DNA of 64,000 nt. Origin: an uncultured bacterium (GTDB lineage Bacteria; Desulfobacterota; Deferrimicrobia; J040). The stretch covers positions 1,971-65,970 of the forward strand of contig CAYFXN010000003.1 of NCBI GenBank assembly GCA_964347065.1. The letters run 5' to 3'. Within the stretch, counting starts at the first letter, position 1. Every line of letters starts with the position of its first letter. This document shows, in pieces, positions 48,213 to 59,085 of the stretch. A program made the translations under genes and the position numbers. The notes under the pieces were generated by a model. It ran no database searches and was not told the DNA's origin. It was given only the letters and a program-made list of their open reading frames with translations.

Positions 48213-49519
48213 TGATTTTTCAGCTCAATCAGATAATTAATCAGCTCGGAAAAGAAAAGGGAATAAAAAAGGAGATCATTGTAAGTGCAATCAAAGAGGC
48301 CCTGGAATATGCTGCAAGGAAAAAGTACGGTCAGGAGAAAGAGATAGAGGCGCATTTCGATGAAAATACAGGCGAATTTGAAATTCTCGAATATAAAGAA
48401 GTCGTCGAAGCCGTTACCGATCCCGAGCTTGAAATAGGTCTCGTTGAGGCTCAGGAGTACGATCCTGACGCCCAGGTACAAGACAGCATCGGTTTCAGGA
48501 TAACAACGAAAGAGCTGGGAAGGATAGCGGCTCAGACGGCCAAGCAAATTATTTTGCAAAAAGTGAAAGAGGCAGAGCGGGAAGTTATATACGATGAGTT
48601 CATCGATAAAAAAGGTGAGATCGTTAACGGGATCATTCACCGATTCGAGAAAGATCTTATGATTGTGGATCTCGGAAAGACCGAGGCGATAATGCCACCA
48701 CGAGAGCAGGTGAAGAGAGAGAGGTACAGGCAGGGGGACAGGATTCGGGCATTTATCAAAGATGTCGTTTTGTCCCAGAGGGGACCTGAAATTATTCTCA
48801 GCAGGACCGATCCGAGGCTGGTTCTGAAAATCTTTGAGATGGAGGTTCCCGAAATTTATGAGGGTATCGTATCGGTTGTATCGATCGCCCGGGAACCGGG
48901 CTCGAGGACGAAAGTCGCGGTTAAGTCTCGCGACAAGGATATCGACCCCGTAGGAGCGTGTGTCGGATTGAGGGGAACCCGGGTTCAGAAAGTTGTAGAA
49001 GAGCTTAAAGGAGAGAAGATCGATATTGTCCAGTGGGAGGAAGATCCTGCGAGATTTGCCTGCAACGCGCTTTCTCCCGCAGAGATCATCCGGGTTCTCG
49101 TCAACGAAACAGAGAAGTCCATGGAGGTGATCGTCCCGGAGGATCAATTGATGGTAGCTATCGGGAGAAAAGGACAGAATGTTAAGCTTGCCTCGAAACT
49201 TATCAACTGGAACATAGAAGTAAGGCAGGAGGGCAAGGCTGAGGAAGCCCTGAAACAGGCGGAGGCCCTCTTCGAAAATAAAGAACAAGAGGCAATGCAA
49301 GGGGAGCCTGCCGAGGACGCGGAAGTCCTGGAAAGTGAACAGACTGCCTCCGAGGCAACAACACAAGAGGTGAAAGAACAAGAGGCGTCAGTAAGTGAAG
49401 AAGCCGCGGGATCAGAGGAAGTTCCGGAGGATGATCCGACTGTTTCGGAGGCTCAGCCGCAACAAAATGATGCGGATGAACCCAGTCACAAAAAAGAGGA
49501 GACGGGGCAAGGTGAATAG
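48212..49519 (+). CDS. nusA: Transcription termination/antitermination factor NusA
   Basis: N-terminal domain, S1 and two KH domains (GACVGLRGTRVQKVVEELKGEKIDIV), and an acidic C-terminal tail. TAATG junction with rimP. Confidence 0.9.
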   Translation: MIFQLNQIINQLGKEKGIKKEIIVSAIKEALEYAARKKYGQEKEIEAHFDENTGEFEILEYKEVVEAVTDPELEIGLVEAQEYDPDAQVQDSIGFRITTKELGRIAAQTAKQIILQKVKEAEREVIYDEFIDKKGEIVNGIIHRFEKDLMIVDLGKTEAIMPPREQVKRERYRQGDRIRAFIKDVVLSQRGPEIILSRTDPRLVLKIFEMEVPEIYEGIVSVVSIAREPGSRTKVAVKSRDKDIDPVGACVGLRGTRVQKVVEELKGEKIDIVQWEEDPARFACNALSPAEIIRVLVNETEKSMEVIVPEDQLMVAIGRKGQNVKLASKLINWNIEVRQEGKAEEALKQAEALFENKEQEAMQGEPAEDAEVLESEQTASEATTQEVKEQEASVSEEAAGSEEVPEDDPTVSEAQPQQNDADEPSHKKEETGQGE

Positions 49520-49808
49520 ACCGGTGAAAAATCAGCTTCCCCAGAGAAGCTGTTCGGTTTGCGGTAAAAAGAGCGTGAAGTCCGGGTTTACGAGGGTAGC
49601 GATGTTTGGAGTCGAAAAAAGGTTAACGCTCGATGCTTCTGGAACGCTGGGAGGGAGGGGTTTGTACCTGTGCAAATCTGATGACTGTGTTAATAATTTT
49701 ATTAAGTTGGTGAGGAAGGGTAAAATTAAAAACACAGGAAATTTCCCCGGATGGAGCAGAGAACTTTTGATAGAGAGCATCCAGAAATCCAAGCTTCGGT
49801 TGTATTAA
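49515..49808 (+). CDS. YlxR-family (DUF448) RNA-binding protein
   Basis: RSCSVCGKK...GRGLYLC motif. The ORF track start at 49395 overlaps nusA by 125 nt; an in-frame GTG at 49515 or 49527 is more plausible. Confidence 0.6.
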   Translation, partial: NRPVKNQLPQRSCSVCGKKSVKSGFTRVAMFGVEKRLTLDASGTLGGRGLYLCKSDDCVNNFIKLVRKGKIKNTGNFPGWSRELLIESIQKSKLRLY

Positions 49809-49826
49809 TTGCGAAGGGGGCAGTTG

Positions 49827-52316
49827 ATGGCAAGAATGAGAGTCAGGGAACTGGCAAAAGAACTTGAGGTTAAGAACGCAGAACTGCTGCAGATATTGTC
49901 CAGCCAATTTGGCCTCCATGATTTAAAACCGGCAAGCGGCATCGATGAAGACGTTGCCCAGAAGGTTCGTGTGCAGATCATCAAAGAAAAGGACAAGGGT
50001 TCGGAAGCGGAAATTGTCAAGGAGACTAACGGAACGGTATTGAAGAAGCATAAAACTTTTGTCCTGAAAAAGAGGAGAAAAAAAGTCGAAGAGGCTCCCG
50101 CCAAGGAGATAGAAGAGGAAGAACCGGTTAGCGCGCGACGGGTTGCTGAAGCGAAACCCGAAGAGAGATTGGAAGAATTATCAGCGATCGAGTCTGTGTC
50201 TGAAGAGAGGGAACAACACCTGACGATTGTGGAACCTGAGACGGCGGTAGCTGAGGATGAGGAGGCTGTTGCAGTCCCTTCAGAGAAAGGAAAAGCGGAG
50301 GAAGAGAGAGACGATGTAAAGGTTGAACCTGAGGAAAAGCACAAGAAGCGGAGAATAAAGCCTCAGAAAAAGCTGCACAAGGGCATCGTGAAAAAGAAAG
50401 CCCTTGAGGAGCTGGTTGAGGAAGCTGAAGGCGAAGAAGCTGAAGCACAGGATACGGTGAAGCCCCAAGTTGTGGAAAGGGTTTTCGAGCCGGGGAGGCC
50501 CTATAAGAGGAAAAAGCACGCTGAAAAGGAAAAGAAAGGGCCATCGACTCTTCCCCCAAAACCCAGCAAGAGAATTATCAGGGTTGAGGATGTTATATCT
50601 GTTGGTGAGCTTGCGAAAAGGATGGGAGTCAAATCGTCATCACTCGTTAAAAAGTTCATTGACCTGGGCATGATGGTTACCATCAACCAGACGATCGATT
50701 TTGAAAATGCTGCGGTAGTTGCCGATGACTTCGGCTACAAGGTTGAAAACGTCGCACCCGAATACGAGGCATACCTGGATCAGAACGAGGACAAGGGGGA
50801 GGACTTAGTTCCACGGGCACCTGTTGTGACGATCATGGGGCATGTTGACCATGGAAAAACGTCCCTTCTCGATGCGATACGTAAAACGAAGGTAGCCGAG
50901 AGTGAGGCTGGGGGAATCACGCAGAGCATCGGTGCCTACGAGGTGCTCGTAGGAGAAAAGAAAGTGGTTTTTATTGATACACCGGGCCATGAAGCGTTCA
51001 CACAGATGCGGGCAAGAGGAGCGAAGGTCACTGATCTCGTCGTTCTCGTGGTAGCCGCCGACGATGGGGTCATGCCCCAGACTCTGGAGGCGATCGATCA
51101 TGCGAAGGCCGCAAAGGTTCCCCTGGTGCTCGCCATCAACAAGATTGACAAACCAAACGCAAACCCCGAGAAGGTTAAGAAACAGCTTGCGGAACACGGG
51201 CTTATCCCTGAGGAGTGGGGCGGGGAAGTTCTCTTCGCAAATGTTTCCGCCAAGAAAAGGGAAGGAATCGATGAACTGCTTGAGCTCATAATCTTGCAGG
51301 CCGATGTGCTCGACCTCAAAACCAATCCGGATAAACTCGCCAGGGGAATCATAATCGAATCGAGGATAGACAAAGGGCGCGGTCCCATTGCCACTGCCAT
51401 CGTACAGGAGGGAACGTTAAAGGTGGGTGATCCGGTTGTTTCCGGAGTTCACTTCGGGAAAGTTCGGGCTCTGTTAAACCATATCGGCAAGAGACTGACG
51501 GGGGCAGTCCCGTCGACTCCCGTCGAAATTCTCGGTTTCAATTTCGTTCCCGGGGCAGGCGAACGGTTTGCTGCGCTTGAGAGTGAGCGGCTTGCAAGGG
51601 AAATAGCCCTTTCGCGACAGACCAAAGCAAAAGAAACCGAGGGAGTTAAGACCGTGAAGCTTTCCCTCGAAGAGCTTTATAGCAGGATAAAGGAGGGTGG
51701 GCTCAAAGAGCTTCCGGTGATCATCAAATGTGACGTCAGGGGAAGTGTCGATGCCCTGGTGGATTCTCTTGTGAAGATAGAAACCGATGAGGTGAAGATC
51801 AACATTATCCATTCAGGGGTAGGAGGGATAACTGAATCTGATGTGCTTCTCGCTTCTGCCTCCAATGCAGTGATAATAGGTTTCAAGGTTAGACCTGATG
51901 CGAAAGCTTCGAAAATTGCCGAAAAGGAAAATGTGGATATTAAGCTTTATGAAGTTATTTACGACCTCATCCATTCCGTCAAAAAGGCCATGGCGGGGCT
52001 TCTTGAACCTGAATTCCGTGAGCTGGTTCAGGGTATAGCTGAAGTAAGGGAAATCTTCAGTATTCCGAAGGTCGGTCCAATTGCTGGATGTTATGTTACC
52101 GAGGGAAAAGTATCCAGGAACAGCAGTGTAAGAGTTTTGCGGGATAGTGTTGTCGTTTTCACCGGGAAGATTGCTTCCCTGAAAAGATTCAAAGATGATG
52201 CAAGGGAAGTATCGCAGGGATACGAATGCGGGATCGGTATCGACAACTTCAATGATGTCAAGGTGGGGGACGTTTTAGAGTCCTTCGTCCTAGAAAAAGT
52301 TACCCCTGTCCTCTGA
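49827..52316 (+). CDS. infB: Translation initiation factor IF-2
   Basis: N-terminus [13 protein letters not shown] (IF-2 N-domain). G-domain motifs [18 protein letters not shown]. Long charged linker. Confidence 0.9.
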   Translation: MARMRVRELAKELEVKNAELLQILSSQFGLHDLKPASGIDEDVAQKVRVQIIKEKDKGSEAEIVKETNGTVLKKHKTFVLKKRRKKVEEAPAKEIEEEEPVSARRVAEAKPEERLEELSAIESVSEEREQHLTIVEPETAVAEDEEAVAVPSEKGKAEEERDDVKVEPEEKHKKRRIKPQKKLHKGIVKKKALEELVEEAEGEEAEAQDTVKPQVVERVFEPGRPYKRKKHAEKEKKGPSTLPPKPSKRIIRVEDVISVGELAKRMGVKSSSLVKKFIDLGMMVTINQTIDFENAAVVADDFGYKVENVAPEYEAYLDQNEDKGEDLVPRAPVVTIMGHVDHGKTSLLDAIRKTKVAESEAGGITQSIGAYEVLVGEKKVVFIDTPGHEAFTQMRARGAKVTDLVVLVVAADDGVMPQTLEAIDHAKAAKVPLVLAINKIDKPNANPEKVKKQLAEHGLIPEEWGGEVLFANVSAKKREGIDELLELIILQADVLDLKTNPDKLARGIIIESRIDKGRGPIATAIVQEGTLKVGDPVVSGVHFGKVRALLNHIGKRLTGAVPSTPVEILGFNFVPGAGERFAALESERLAREIALSRQTKAKETEGVKTVKLSLEELYSRIKEGGLKELPVIIKCDVRGSVDALVDSLVKIETDEVKINIIHSGVGGITESDVLLASASNAVIIGFKVRPDAKASKIAEKENVDIKLYEVIYDLIHSVKKAMAGLLEPEFRELVQGIAEVREIFSIPKVGPIAGCYVTEGKVSRNSSVRVLRDSVVVFTGKIASLKRFKDDAREVSQGYECGIGIDNFNDVKVGDVLESFVLEKVTPVL

Positions 52317-52318
52317 GG

Positions 52319-52612
52319 TTGAATGTGGTAGTTGGTGTGGTAAATTTCGATATTCTTATCAACGGGGCGTTCAATCTAAAAGAGAAGAGAAGCTACGTTA
52401 AGAGCCTTGTTGGAAAAATCAGAAACAAGTTCAGCGTTTCCGTTGCCGAAGTCGATCATCAGGATCTTTGGCAAAGAACGCAGATCGGGGTTGCGGTCGT
52501 TGGGGCGAATTCTGCCATTGTCAACTCTGTCATAGATAAGGTAACGGAGTTTGTTTATTCCAACGGAGATTTTGAGGTTATTGAGAGAAAAATCGAAATC
52601 TTACGGTACTGA
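52319..52612 (+). CDS. DUF503-domain protein (YlxP-like, infB-rbfA linked)
   Basis: 97 aa, VVGVVNFDILINGAFNLKEKRSYVKSLVGKI... Conserved position between infB and rbfA. TTG start. Confidence 0.7.
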   Translation: MNVVVGVVNFDILINGAFNLKEKRSYVKSLVGKIRNKFSVSVAEVDHQDLWQRTQIGVAVVGANSAIVNSVIDKVTEFVYSNGDFEVIERKIEILRY

Positions 52613-52613
52613 G

Positions 52614-52970
52614 ATGGCAGGACTCAAAATAGATCGCTCGATTCGCTTGGCGATGCTCCTGAAAGAGGAAATTGCAGGGATTATATCGAGGGAAATGAAG
52701 GATCCTGGCCTTAAGATGGTGACGGTGACCCATGTGAAACTAACGAAAGATTTGAGAGATGCGGAAATTTTCTATTCAGTTCTGGGAAATGAAGAGGACG
52801 TGGGGAAGACGGAGCGGATCCTGGACAGGGCATCGGGTTTTATAAGGGGAGAACTCGGCCGTACGTTGAGGATAAAGAGGATACCTCACCTATCCTTCAA
52901 ATACGATGACTCTTTCGAAAAGGGGATAAAAATAGAGAGGTTGATGCGTGAGATAACTGGGGATGAGTGA
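52614..52970 (+). CDS. rbfA: Ribosome-binding factor A
   Basis: RLAMLLKEEIAGIISREMKDP...VTVTHVKLTKDLRDAEIFYSV. The ATG is 2 nt after the DUF503 stop. Confidence 0.85.
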   Translation: MAGLKIDRSIRLAMLLKEEIAGIISREMKDPGLKMVTVTHVKLTKDLRDAEIFYSVLGNEEDVGKTERILDRASGFIRGELGRTLRIKRIPHLSFKYDDSFEKGIKIERLMREITGDE

Positions 52971-53943
52971 GGATCTTGGTAAAATATGCGAGCTTATCGG
53001 AAAGGCAAAATCATTCCTTCTTACAACCCATATCAACCCTGAAGGGGACGCTATCGGCTCTGAGCTTGCACTCGCGCTCGTGCTTGAGGGAATGGGAAAA
53101 GATGTTTTTGTCCTGAACCAAGATCCCGTACCCTATTTCTTGATGTTCCTTCCCGGCATTGACAGGATTCAGCATTATTTGCCGCATCGATATTTCGATG
53201 TGGGGATACTTCTCGATTGCGCAAACCCCGATAGGACGGGGTCCGTAAGTGAACAGCTATCCCTGTGCAGCAATATAATAAGTATCGATCATCATACGAC
53301 GCAGAGCGGATATGGAGACTTGCGTTATATCGATTCAAAAGCTTCCTCTACGGGTGAACTTGTTTACCGGCTTGTACAGCGTATGGGAAGAGATATCGAC
53401 GCACGCATTGCAACGCTGTTATGGGTTGCAATTACCACGGATACGGGGTCTTTTCGATATTCGAACACAACCAGCGCATCTTTGAGTGTAGCGGCCAAGC
53501 TGGTGGAACTTGGTGCGATGCCGGCAGCGGTTTCTGAGAGACTCTACGAAAGTGAGCCTCACAAAAGGATACTGCTTTTGTCTCGCGTACTATCAACGCT
53601 CGAAGTGCTCGAGGATGGAAGAATAGCTTCAATCACAATCTTCCAGGAAGACATGGAAAGGCTTGGTGCCACCGCAGATTTTCTCGAAGGATTTATAAAT
53701 TATCCGCGTTCCATTGACGGTGTGCAGGTAGCTGTTTCGTTTCGGGAGGAGAGTATCGACAATTTCAAGGTTTCCCTCCGAGCGAAGGGGGACGCTGATG
53801 TGGCGAAAGTCGCAACGTTCTTTAACGGAGGGGGACATATCAAAGCAGCCGGTTTCAAGCTCCAAGGCAAGATGGCAAAAGTGAAACAAGATGTTTACTC
53901 GAAAATCTATGAGATGTTGGACGGGCATCGTGAGGATGAATAA
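52963..53943 (+). CDS. nrnA: DHH/DHHA1 phosphoesterase NrnA (bifunctional oligoribonuclease / pAp phosphatase)
   Basis: DHH motifs (HINPEGDAIGS, ISIDHHTTQ), DHHA1 GGGH (FFNGGGHIKAAG). Confidence 0.8.
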   Translation: MSEDLGKICELIGKAKSFLLTTHINPEGDAIGSELALALVLEGMGKDVFVLNQDPVPYFLMFLPGIDRIQHYLPHRYFDVGILLDCANPDRTGSVSEQLSLCSNIISIDHHTTQSGYGDLRYIDSKASSTGELVYRLVQRMGRDIDARIATLLWVAITTDTGSFRYSNTTSASLSVAAKLVELGAMPAAVSERLYESEPHKRILLLSRVLSTLEVLEDGRIASITIFQEDMERLGATADFLEGFINYPRSIDGVQVAVSFREESIDNFKVSLRAKGDADVAKVATFFNGGGHIKAAGFKLQGKMAKVKQDVYSKIYEMLDGHREDE

Positions 53944-54832
53944 GATATCCGGTGTTGTAAATTGTTACAAGGAAAGGGGCCCCACTTCGTTCAGGGTAAC
54001 GGAGATGATAAAGCGTATTTTCGATGTGAGGAAGGCGGGACACGGTGGGACCCTTGACCCTGAGGCGGAAGGTGTATTGCCGGTTTTTCTCGGCAGCGCA
54101 ACGAGGATAAGCTCTCTTTTTTTGAAGGGAGAGAAAGAATACAGGGTGTTTTTCCAGTTTGGGCTTGGAACAGACACCTATGACATGGCAGGGAATGTAA
54201 CGGAAAAAATGGAAGAGTTCTCTCTGGATAGAGACACCCTTATCACTGCATTGAAATCGTTTGAGGGCAGTTATATGCAGAGGCCTCCACGGTTCTCGGC
54301 GTTGAAGGTAAGAGGCCGCAGGGCCTACGATCTGGCCAGGAAAGGGGTTGAATTCGAGCTAGAGCCAAGGAGGGTTACCTGTCAGAAAATCGATTGTGTC
54401 ACCTTCGCTGGAGGCGAAGCAGAAGTGTTCATCTCCTGCGAGTCCGGGTTCTACATTCGATCTATGGCGAGGGATCTTTCCGAAAAAATAGGTATTCCTG
54501 TGACGACGAGAAAGATCATCAGAGAAAGGTCGGGATTTTTGAGAATTGACTCAGCGCTCAGTCTCGACGACCTTTTGAACTTGAAAAGAGAAGGGAAAAT
54601 TCATAGCGCGGTAATCAGTATAGATCGTGCGCTGCCAAACCTTCCCGGGATATCTGTTGATGAGCAGAGAGAAAAGATGATAATTCGGGGCTCGAGGCCT
54701 GAAGTTGTCCTGCCCGCAGGGTCCCCGCCAGGGAAATACAAGGTAAAGAACCCGAAAGGGGAAATTATTGCCCTTGTTGAAAAAGCCAAAACCGGAATAT
54801 TCAAGTATATGTGTGTTTTCCCACCCGAATAA
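53936..54832 (+). CDS. truB: tRNA pseudouridine(55) synthase
   Basis: Catalytic Asp motif ([21 protein letters not shown]). PUA-like C-terminus. The ATG at 53936 overlaps the nrnA stop. Confidence 0.9.
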   Translation: MNKISGVVNCYKERGPTSFRVTEMIKRIFDVRKAGHGGTLDPEAEGVLPVFLGSATRISSLFLKGEKEYRVFFQFGLGTDTYDMAGNVTEKMEEFSLDRDTLITALKSFEGSYMQRPPRFSALKVRGRRAYDLARKGVEFELEPRRVTCQKIDCVTFAGGEAEVFISCESGFYIRSMARDLSEKIGIPVTTRKIIRERSGFLRIDSALSLDDLLNLKREGKIHSAVISIDRALPNLPGISVDEQREKMIIRGSRPEVVLPAGSPPGKYKVKNPKGEIIALVEKAKTGIFKYMCVFPPE

Positions 54833-54897
54833 TTGTCTGTATGGGTGAGAGTTTATGTGTTATAGATATAGAGTTTTCAGGGCAAAAGGAGGATGTG

Positions 54898-55167
54898 ATG
54901 GTTTTGAACACCGAGAAGAAAAAGGAGATCATCGAACAATTCAAGACCCACGAGACCGATACCGGCTCTCCGGAGGTTCAGGTGGCCCTCATAACCGAGC
55001 GAATTAACGAGATAACAGAACACCTGAAGGAGCACAAAAAAGATTTCACTACACGAAGGGGACTTCTGAAACTCGTTAGCCAGAGGAGAAGGCTGCTCGA
55101 ATATTTGAAGTCGACTGATTCCAAGCGCTACAAAAGTCTTATTGATCGCCTTGGTCTAAGAAAGTAA
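54898..55167 (+). CDS. rpsO: 30S ribosomal protein S15
   Basis: 89 aa, [57 protein letters not shown]. Confidence 0.9.
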   Translation: MVLNTEKKKEIIEQFKTHETDTGSPEVQVALITERINEITEHLKEHKKDFTTRRGLLKLVSQRRRLLEYLKSTDSKRYKSLIDRLGLRK

Positions 55168-55198
55168 ATCAAATACATAGGCAGGAAAAGAGGTATGT

Positions 55199-57361
55199 AT
55201 GAGCAGTAGATACAGCACGAATGTTGGAAACAGAGAAATAGTAATTGATACGGGGAAACTCGCCAAACTTGCGGGTGGAAGCGCTGTCGTGAAAATGGGC
55301 GATTCCGTCGTTCTCGCTACAGCCTGCATGGCAGACAAACCCCGTGAAGGAGCAGATTTTATTCCCCTCGTCGTTGACTACCTGGAAAAAACCTTTGCCG
55401 CAGGCAAGATACCCGGGGGATTTTTCAAGAGAGAGGGAAGGCCATCAGAGCATGAGATTCTCGTATCGCGGCTGATCGATAGATCTATCAGGCCTCTTCT
55501 CCCAAAGGGATTTTATTTCGATACTCAGGTTATAACAACCGTGATGTCCCTCGACAACGATAACCCCACCGACGTCATGGCACTCGTGGGGGCGTCAGTT
55601 GCTCTTTCTCTTTCGGAAATACCGTTCAACGGACCGATTGCTGCCGTCAGGGTTGCCAGAATAAACAGCGAACATGTGGTAAATCCGTCACTGGATGAGT
55701 TGGAGAAAAGTTCTCTGAACATAATCGTGGCGGGTAGCAGTGAGGGGATAACGATGGTGGAAGGGGACGCCATGGAAGTTCCCGAGGAAGAGGTGCTCGA
55801 TGCGATCATGTATGGTTGGGAGCAGTTAATTAAGATTATTGACCTGCAGAGAAAGATGATGGAAGAGATCGGTAAAACGAAGATTTCGTTCGACGCACCC
55901 GACCTGCATGATGAGATGAAGGCTAAAATCGATTCTCTTGCAGTGAAATCTCTCCACGACGCTTTCTTAGTTTCCGATAAGCTGCAAAGGAGGGAGAAAA
56001 TAGCGGCTGTCTGGGATGAGGTGAAAGAGTCTTTCACTGAGGAAGAGATCCTAGAGAATGGCGCACTCATAACATCGTATTTAAGGGATATCGAAAAGAA
56101 GCTCGTAAGAGACATGTTGTTTGAGAAGAAGAAGAGGATCGACGACAGAGGGCCCCAGAATATAAGAGAGATATGGAGCGAAGCCGGGGTATTGCCGAGA
56201 GCTCACGGGTCCGCCATATTTACTCGGGGAGAAACTCAGGTTCTCGTCGCGACAACTCTCGGAACCGAAGAGGACGAGCAGCGAGTCGACGCCCTCACCG
56301 GTGAAACGTCAAAAAGGTTCATGCTCCATTACAATTTCCCTCCTTACTCAGTCGGTGAAGTGCGGTTTCTCCGAACGCCGGCCAGGAGAGAAATAGGACA
56401 TGGAGTCCTGGCGGAAAAAGCGATATCAAAAGTCCTCCCGACGGAGGAGGAATTTCCCTATACCCTGAGGGTTGTGTCTGAAGTGCTCGAGTCGAACGGA
56501 TCCTCTTCCATGGCTACTGTCTGCGGGGCTTCGCTGTCCCTCATGGATGCAGGTGTGCCGATTAAAGCCCCCGTTGGAGGCATTGCTATGGGATTGATAA
56601 CCGAGGGGGACGAAACAGTTATCCTCTCCGATATTCTTGGTGACGAAGATCACCTAGGAGAGATGGACTTCAAGGTTGCCGGGACGAAGAGGGGGGTAAC
56701 CGCAATACAGATGGATATCAAAGTTGAGAGGGTGAGCAGGGAAATTCTCAGCAGAGCGCTTTCCCAGGCCCGGGAAGGGCGGTTGTTCATCATAGACAAG
56801 ATGAACAGTGTCATAGACAAACCAAGGGATGAAATCTCAAAATATGCTCCACGATTGGAACTCATAATGGTGAAGCCTGATAAAATCAGGGAGATCATCG
56901 GCCCTCAAGGAAAAACTATCAGGGGAATCATAGAGCAAACGGGGGTAAAAATCGACGTGGATGATGATGGGACCGTTAAGGTATACGCAGTTGATGAAGA
57001 GAGCGTAAAAAAGGCCATCGACATTATCAAGGAACTCACCCAGGAGGCCGAAATCGGGAAATCTTACGCAGGGAAGGTCAAAAAGATTATGGATTTCGGC
57101 GCATTCGTAGAAATTTTCCCCGGAACGGAAGGGCTCCTCCACATATCACAAATTTCACACAAAAGAATCAAAGCGGTATCGGACGTTTTAAGAGAGGGAG
57201 ACGAGGTTCGTGTGAAGGTGTTAGACATCAATGGGGATGGAAAGATACGGTTGAGCAGGAAAGATCTGATTAGAGATGAAGACGATACCAGACCCAAGCA
57301 GCAGGGACGGACTGACAGGAAGCCATACGATCGCCGAGGCAAAGATAGCCCGAGGAAATAA
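55199..57361 (+). CDS. pnp: Polyribonucleotide nucleotidyltransferase (PNPase)
   Basis: 720 aa. Two RNase PH domains, KH (IREIIGPQGKTIRGI) and S1 (GKVKKIMDFGAFVEI) domains. Confidence 0.9.
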   Translation: MSSRYSTNVGNREIVIDTGKLAKLAGGSAVVKMGDSVVLATACMADKPREGADFIPLVVDYLEKTFAAGKIPGGFFKREGRPSEHEILVSRLIDRSIRPLLPKGFYFDTQVITTVMSLDNDNPTDVMALVGASVALSLSEIPFNGPIAAVRVARINSEHVVNPSLDELEKSSLNIIVAGSSEGITMVEGDAMEVPEEEVLDAIMYGWEQLIKIIDLQRKMMEEIGKTKISFDAPDLHDEMKAKIDSLAVKSLHDAFLVSDKLQRREKIAAVWDEVKESFTEEEILENGALITSYLRDIEKKLVRDMLFEKKKRIDDRGPQNIREIWSEAGVLPRAHGSAIFTRGETQVLVATTLGTEEDEQRVDALTGETSKRFMLHYNFPPYSVGEVRFLRTPARREIGHGVLAEKAISKVLPTEEEFPYTLRVVSEVLESNGSSSMATVCGASLSLMDAGVPIKAPVGGIAMGLITEGDETVILSDILGDEDHLGEMDFKVAGTKRGVTAIQMDIKVERVSREILSRALSQAREGRLFIIDKMNSVIDKPRDEISKYAPRLELIMVKPDKIREIIGPQGKTIRGIIEQTGVKIDVDDDGTVKVYAVDEESVKKAIDIIKELTQEAEIGKSYAGKVKKIMDFGAFVEIFPGTEGLLHISQISHKRIKAVSDVLREGDEVRVKVLDINGDGKIRLSRKDLIRDEDDTRPKQQGRTDRKPYDRRGKDSPRK

Positions 57362-57367
57362 CGGCGT

Positions 57368-58621
57368 ATGTACAAAAAGACCGTTTTGAATAACGGTGTT
57401 CGGGTCATTACCGAATCCCTTCCCCACGTTTATTCAGTATCTCTGGGTATATGGGTAGAGTCAGGATCCCGGGAGGAAAATTCTTCTAATAACGGAATTA
57501 GCCATTTCATCGAACATATGCTCTTCAAGGGAACCGAGAACAGATCAGCTCTCGAGATAGCAAGAGAAGTGGAATCTGTGGGTGGAACCATCAACGCTTT
57601 TACCAGCAGAGAGTATACTTTTTTCTACGCAAAGGTCCTCAAGGAGCACCTGAAGTTGGCCTCTGAAATATTGTGTGACATATTTTTGAATTCTCTCTTC
57701 GACGAAGGAGAGATTGAAAAAGAAAAAGACGTGGTATGCCAGGAAATTCTTATGATCGAAGATAACCCCGAAGATCACATACACGATTTTCTCTACACAA
57801 CCATGTGGCCCAACAATTCACTCGGAATGCCCGTTCAGGGAAGGCAGGAAACGGTTCGCTCCTTCACGAGAGATTCCGTCTGCGATTATTTCACAAGTTC
57901 CTTCAACAAGGCGGGAATAATCATCATTGCCGTAGGTAATGTCGACCATGATGAAGTACTCTCTATTTTTTCGGATCCCTTCGACTCGAGCAAATTCACT
58001 AAAGAGGGGATCAGGAAGAAGAAACCGGAGCAAATTTGCGGAATTTTCGTACAAAAGAGGGATATCGAGCAGGTACATCTCTGTATCGGCATGCCCGGAC
58101 CGGGCAAGAGAGACAGTCATAGATATGCTGCGTTTGTGTTGAACGCCATTCTCGGCTCGGGAATGTCGAGCAGGTTGTTTCAGGAGGCCCGGGAAAAAAG
58201 GGGCCTCGTTTATTCCATTTACTCCTCCGTATCCACCTTCGGGGACTCGGGGATGTTCAAGATATACGCCGGTACCACCCCGACCAAGGTGGCCGATCTC
58301 ATGTCTGTTATCGCTGATGTGCTGGCAGAGATCAGAAAGAGCGATCTTACTGATGGGGAATTGAGAAGGGCGAAAGAACAGATAAAGGGGAATCTCCTCA
58401 TAAACTTCGAATCGACCGATTTCAGGCTTACAAGGCTCGCTTCAAACGAGATGTATTTTGGAAGACACATCCCTCCCGATGAAGTCTCACGGCAGATAGA
58501 CGAAGTCAAGAAAGGGGATGTTTTGGACTTTGGCAATAATGCATTGAGGGAAGACAGGGCCGTTGTGACTGCGATAGGGAATATCTCATCAGATGATATC
58601 GGAGCGAAAGGTTTTGGCTGA
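57368..58621 (+). CDS. M16-family zinc peptidase (pitrilysin/insulinase-like)
   Basis: Inverted zinc motif HxxEH (GISHFIEHMLFKGT) and downstream Glu. Position after pnp, as in Bacillus mlpA. Confidence 0.8.
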   Translation: MYKKTVLNNGVRVITESLPHVYSVSLGIWVESGSREENSSNNGISHFIEHMLFKGTENRSALEIAREVESVGGTINAFTSREYTFFYAKVLKEHLKLASEILCDIFLNSLFDEGEIEKEKDVVCQEILMIEDNPEDHIHDFLYTTMWPNNSLGMPVQGRQETVRSFTRDSVCDYFTSSFNKAGIIIIAVGNVDHDEVLSIFSDPFDSSKFTKEGIRKKKPEQICGIFVQKRDIEQVHLCIGMPGPGKRDSHRYAAFVLNAILGSGMSSRLFQEAREKRGLVYSIYSSVSTFGDSGMFKIYAGTTPTKVADLMSVIADVLAEIRKSDLTDGELRRAKEQIKGNLLINFESTDFRLTRLASNEMYFGRHIPPDEVSRQIDEVKKGDVLDFGNNALREDRAVVTAIGNISSDDIGAKGFG

Positions 58622-58623
58622 AC

Positions 58624-59073
58624 ATGGAAAGGGTGGTAAAAGTTAAGCTCACCGGCACCGACGACCCGATGTTCGTTCCAAAAATCCAAACTCAAGGCGC
58701 GTCAGGATTCGACCTCAGGGCATGTGTGGAAAATGAGACGGTGATAGAACCCTTCAAGCGGGCGCTCATACCGACGGGCATATCGGTGGCTATTCCTCCC
58801 GGGTATGAGGGCCAGGTGAGACCTCGCAGCGGCCTCGCCCACAGATACGGCGTAACGCTTCTCAATACGCCGGGCACGATAGACTCAGATTACCGGGGGG
58901 AAATAAAGGTTATCCTTATTAATCTTGGTGATCGTGATTTTACCTTGAAGCGGGGAGACAGGATAGCCCAGCTGATTTTCTCAAGGCACGAGAAACTTTC
59001 ACTGAAAATCGTAAACCATCTAGACAATACCGAAAGAGGAGAAGGTGGATTCGGAAGCACAGAGAGGGCATGA
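58624..59073 (+). CDS. dut: dUTP diphosphatase
   Basis: dUTPase motifs (GASGFDLRA, RSGLA, GTIDSDYRGE, RIAQLIF). Confidence 0.85.
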   Translation: MERVVKVKLTGTDDPMFVPKIQTQGASGFDLRACVENETVIEPFKRALIPTGISVAIPPGYEGQVRPRSGLAHRYGVTLLNTPGTIDSDYRGEIKVILINLGDRDFTLKRGDRIAQLIFSRHEKLSLKIVNHLDNTERGEGGFGSTERA

Positions 59074-59085
59074 CGGGAGGGAAAG

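Noticed and set aside
48002-49381. 459-aa ORF on the minus strand antisense to rimP/nusA
   Set aside because: The product is Leu/Phe-rich low-complexity sequence (the complement of the GAA/GAG/AAG-rich sense codons), with no RBS or domains. It is fully embedded in two highly conserved genes, so it is a codon-bias artefact.
49395-49514. YlxR N-terminal extension overlapping nusA by 125 nt
   Set aside because: It is more likely an open-frame artefact. DUF448 proteins normally begin about 10 aa before the CxxC motif, and in-frame GTG codons exist at 49515 and 49527.
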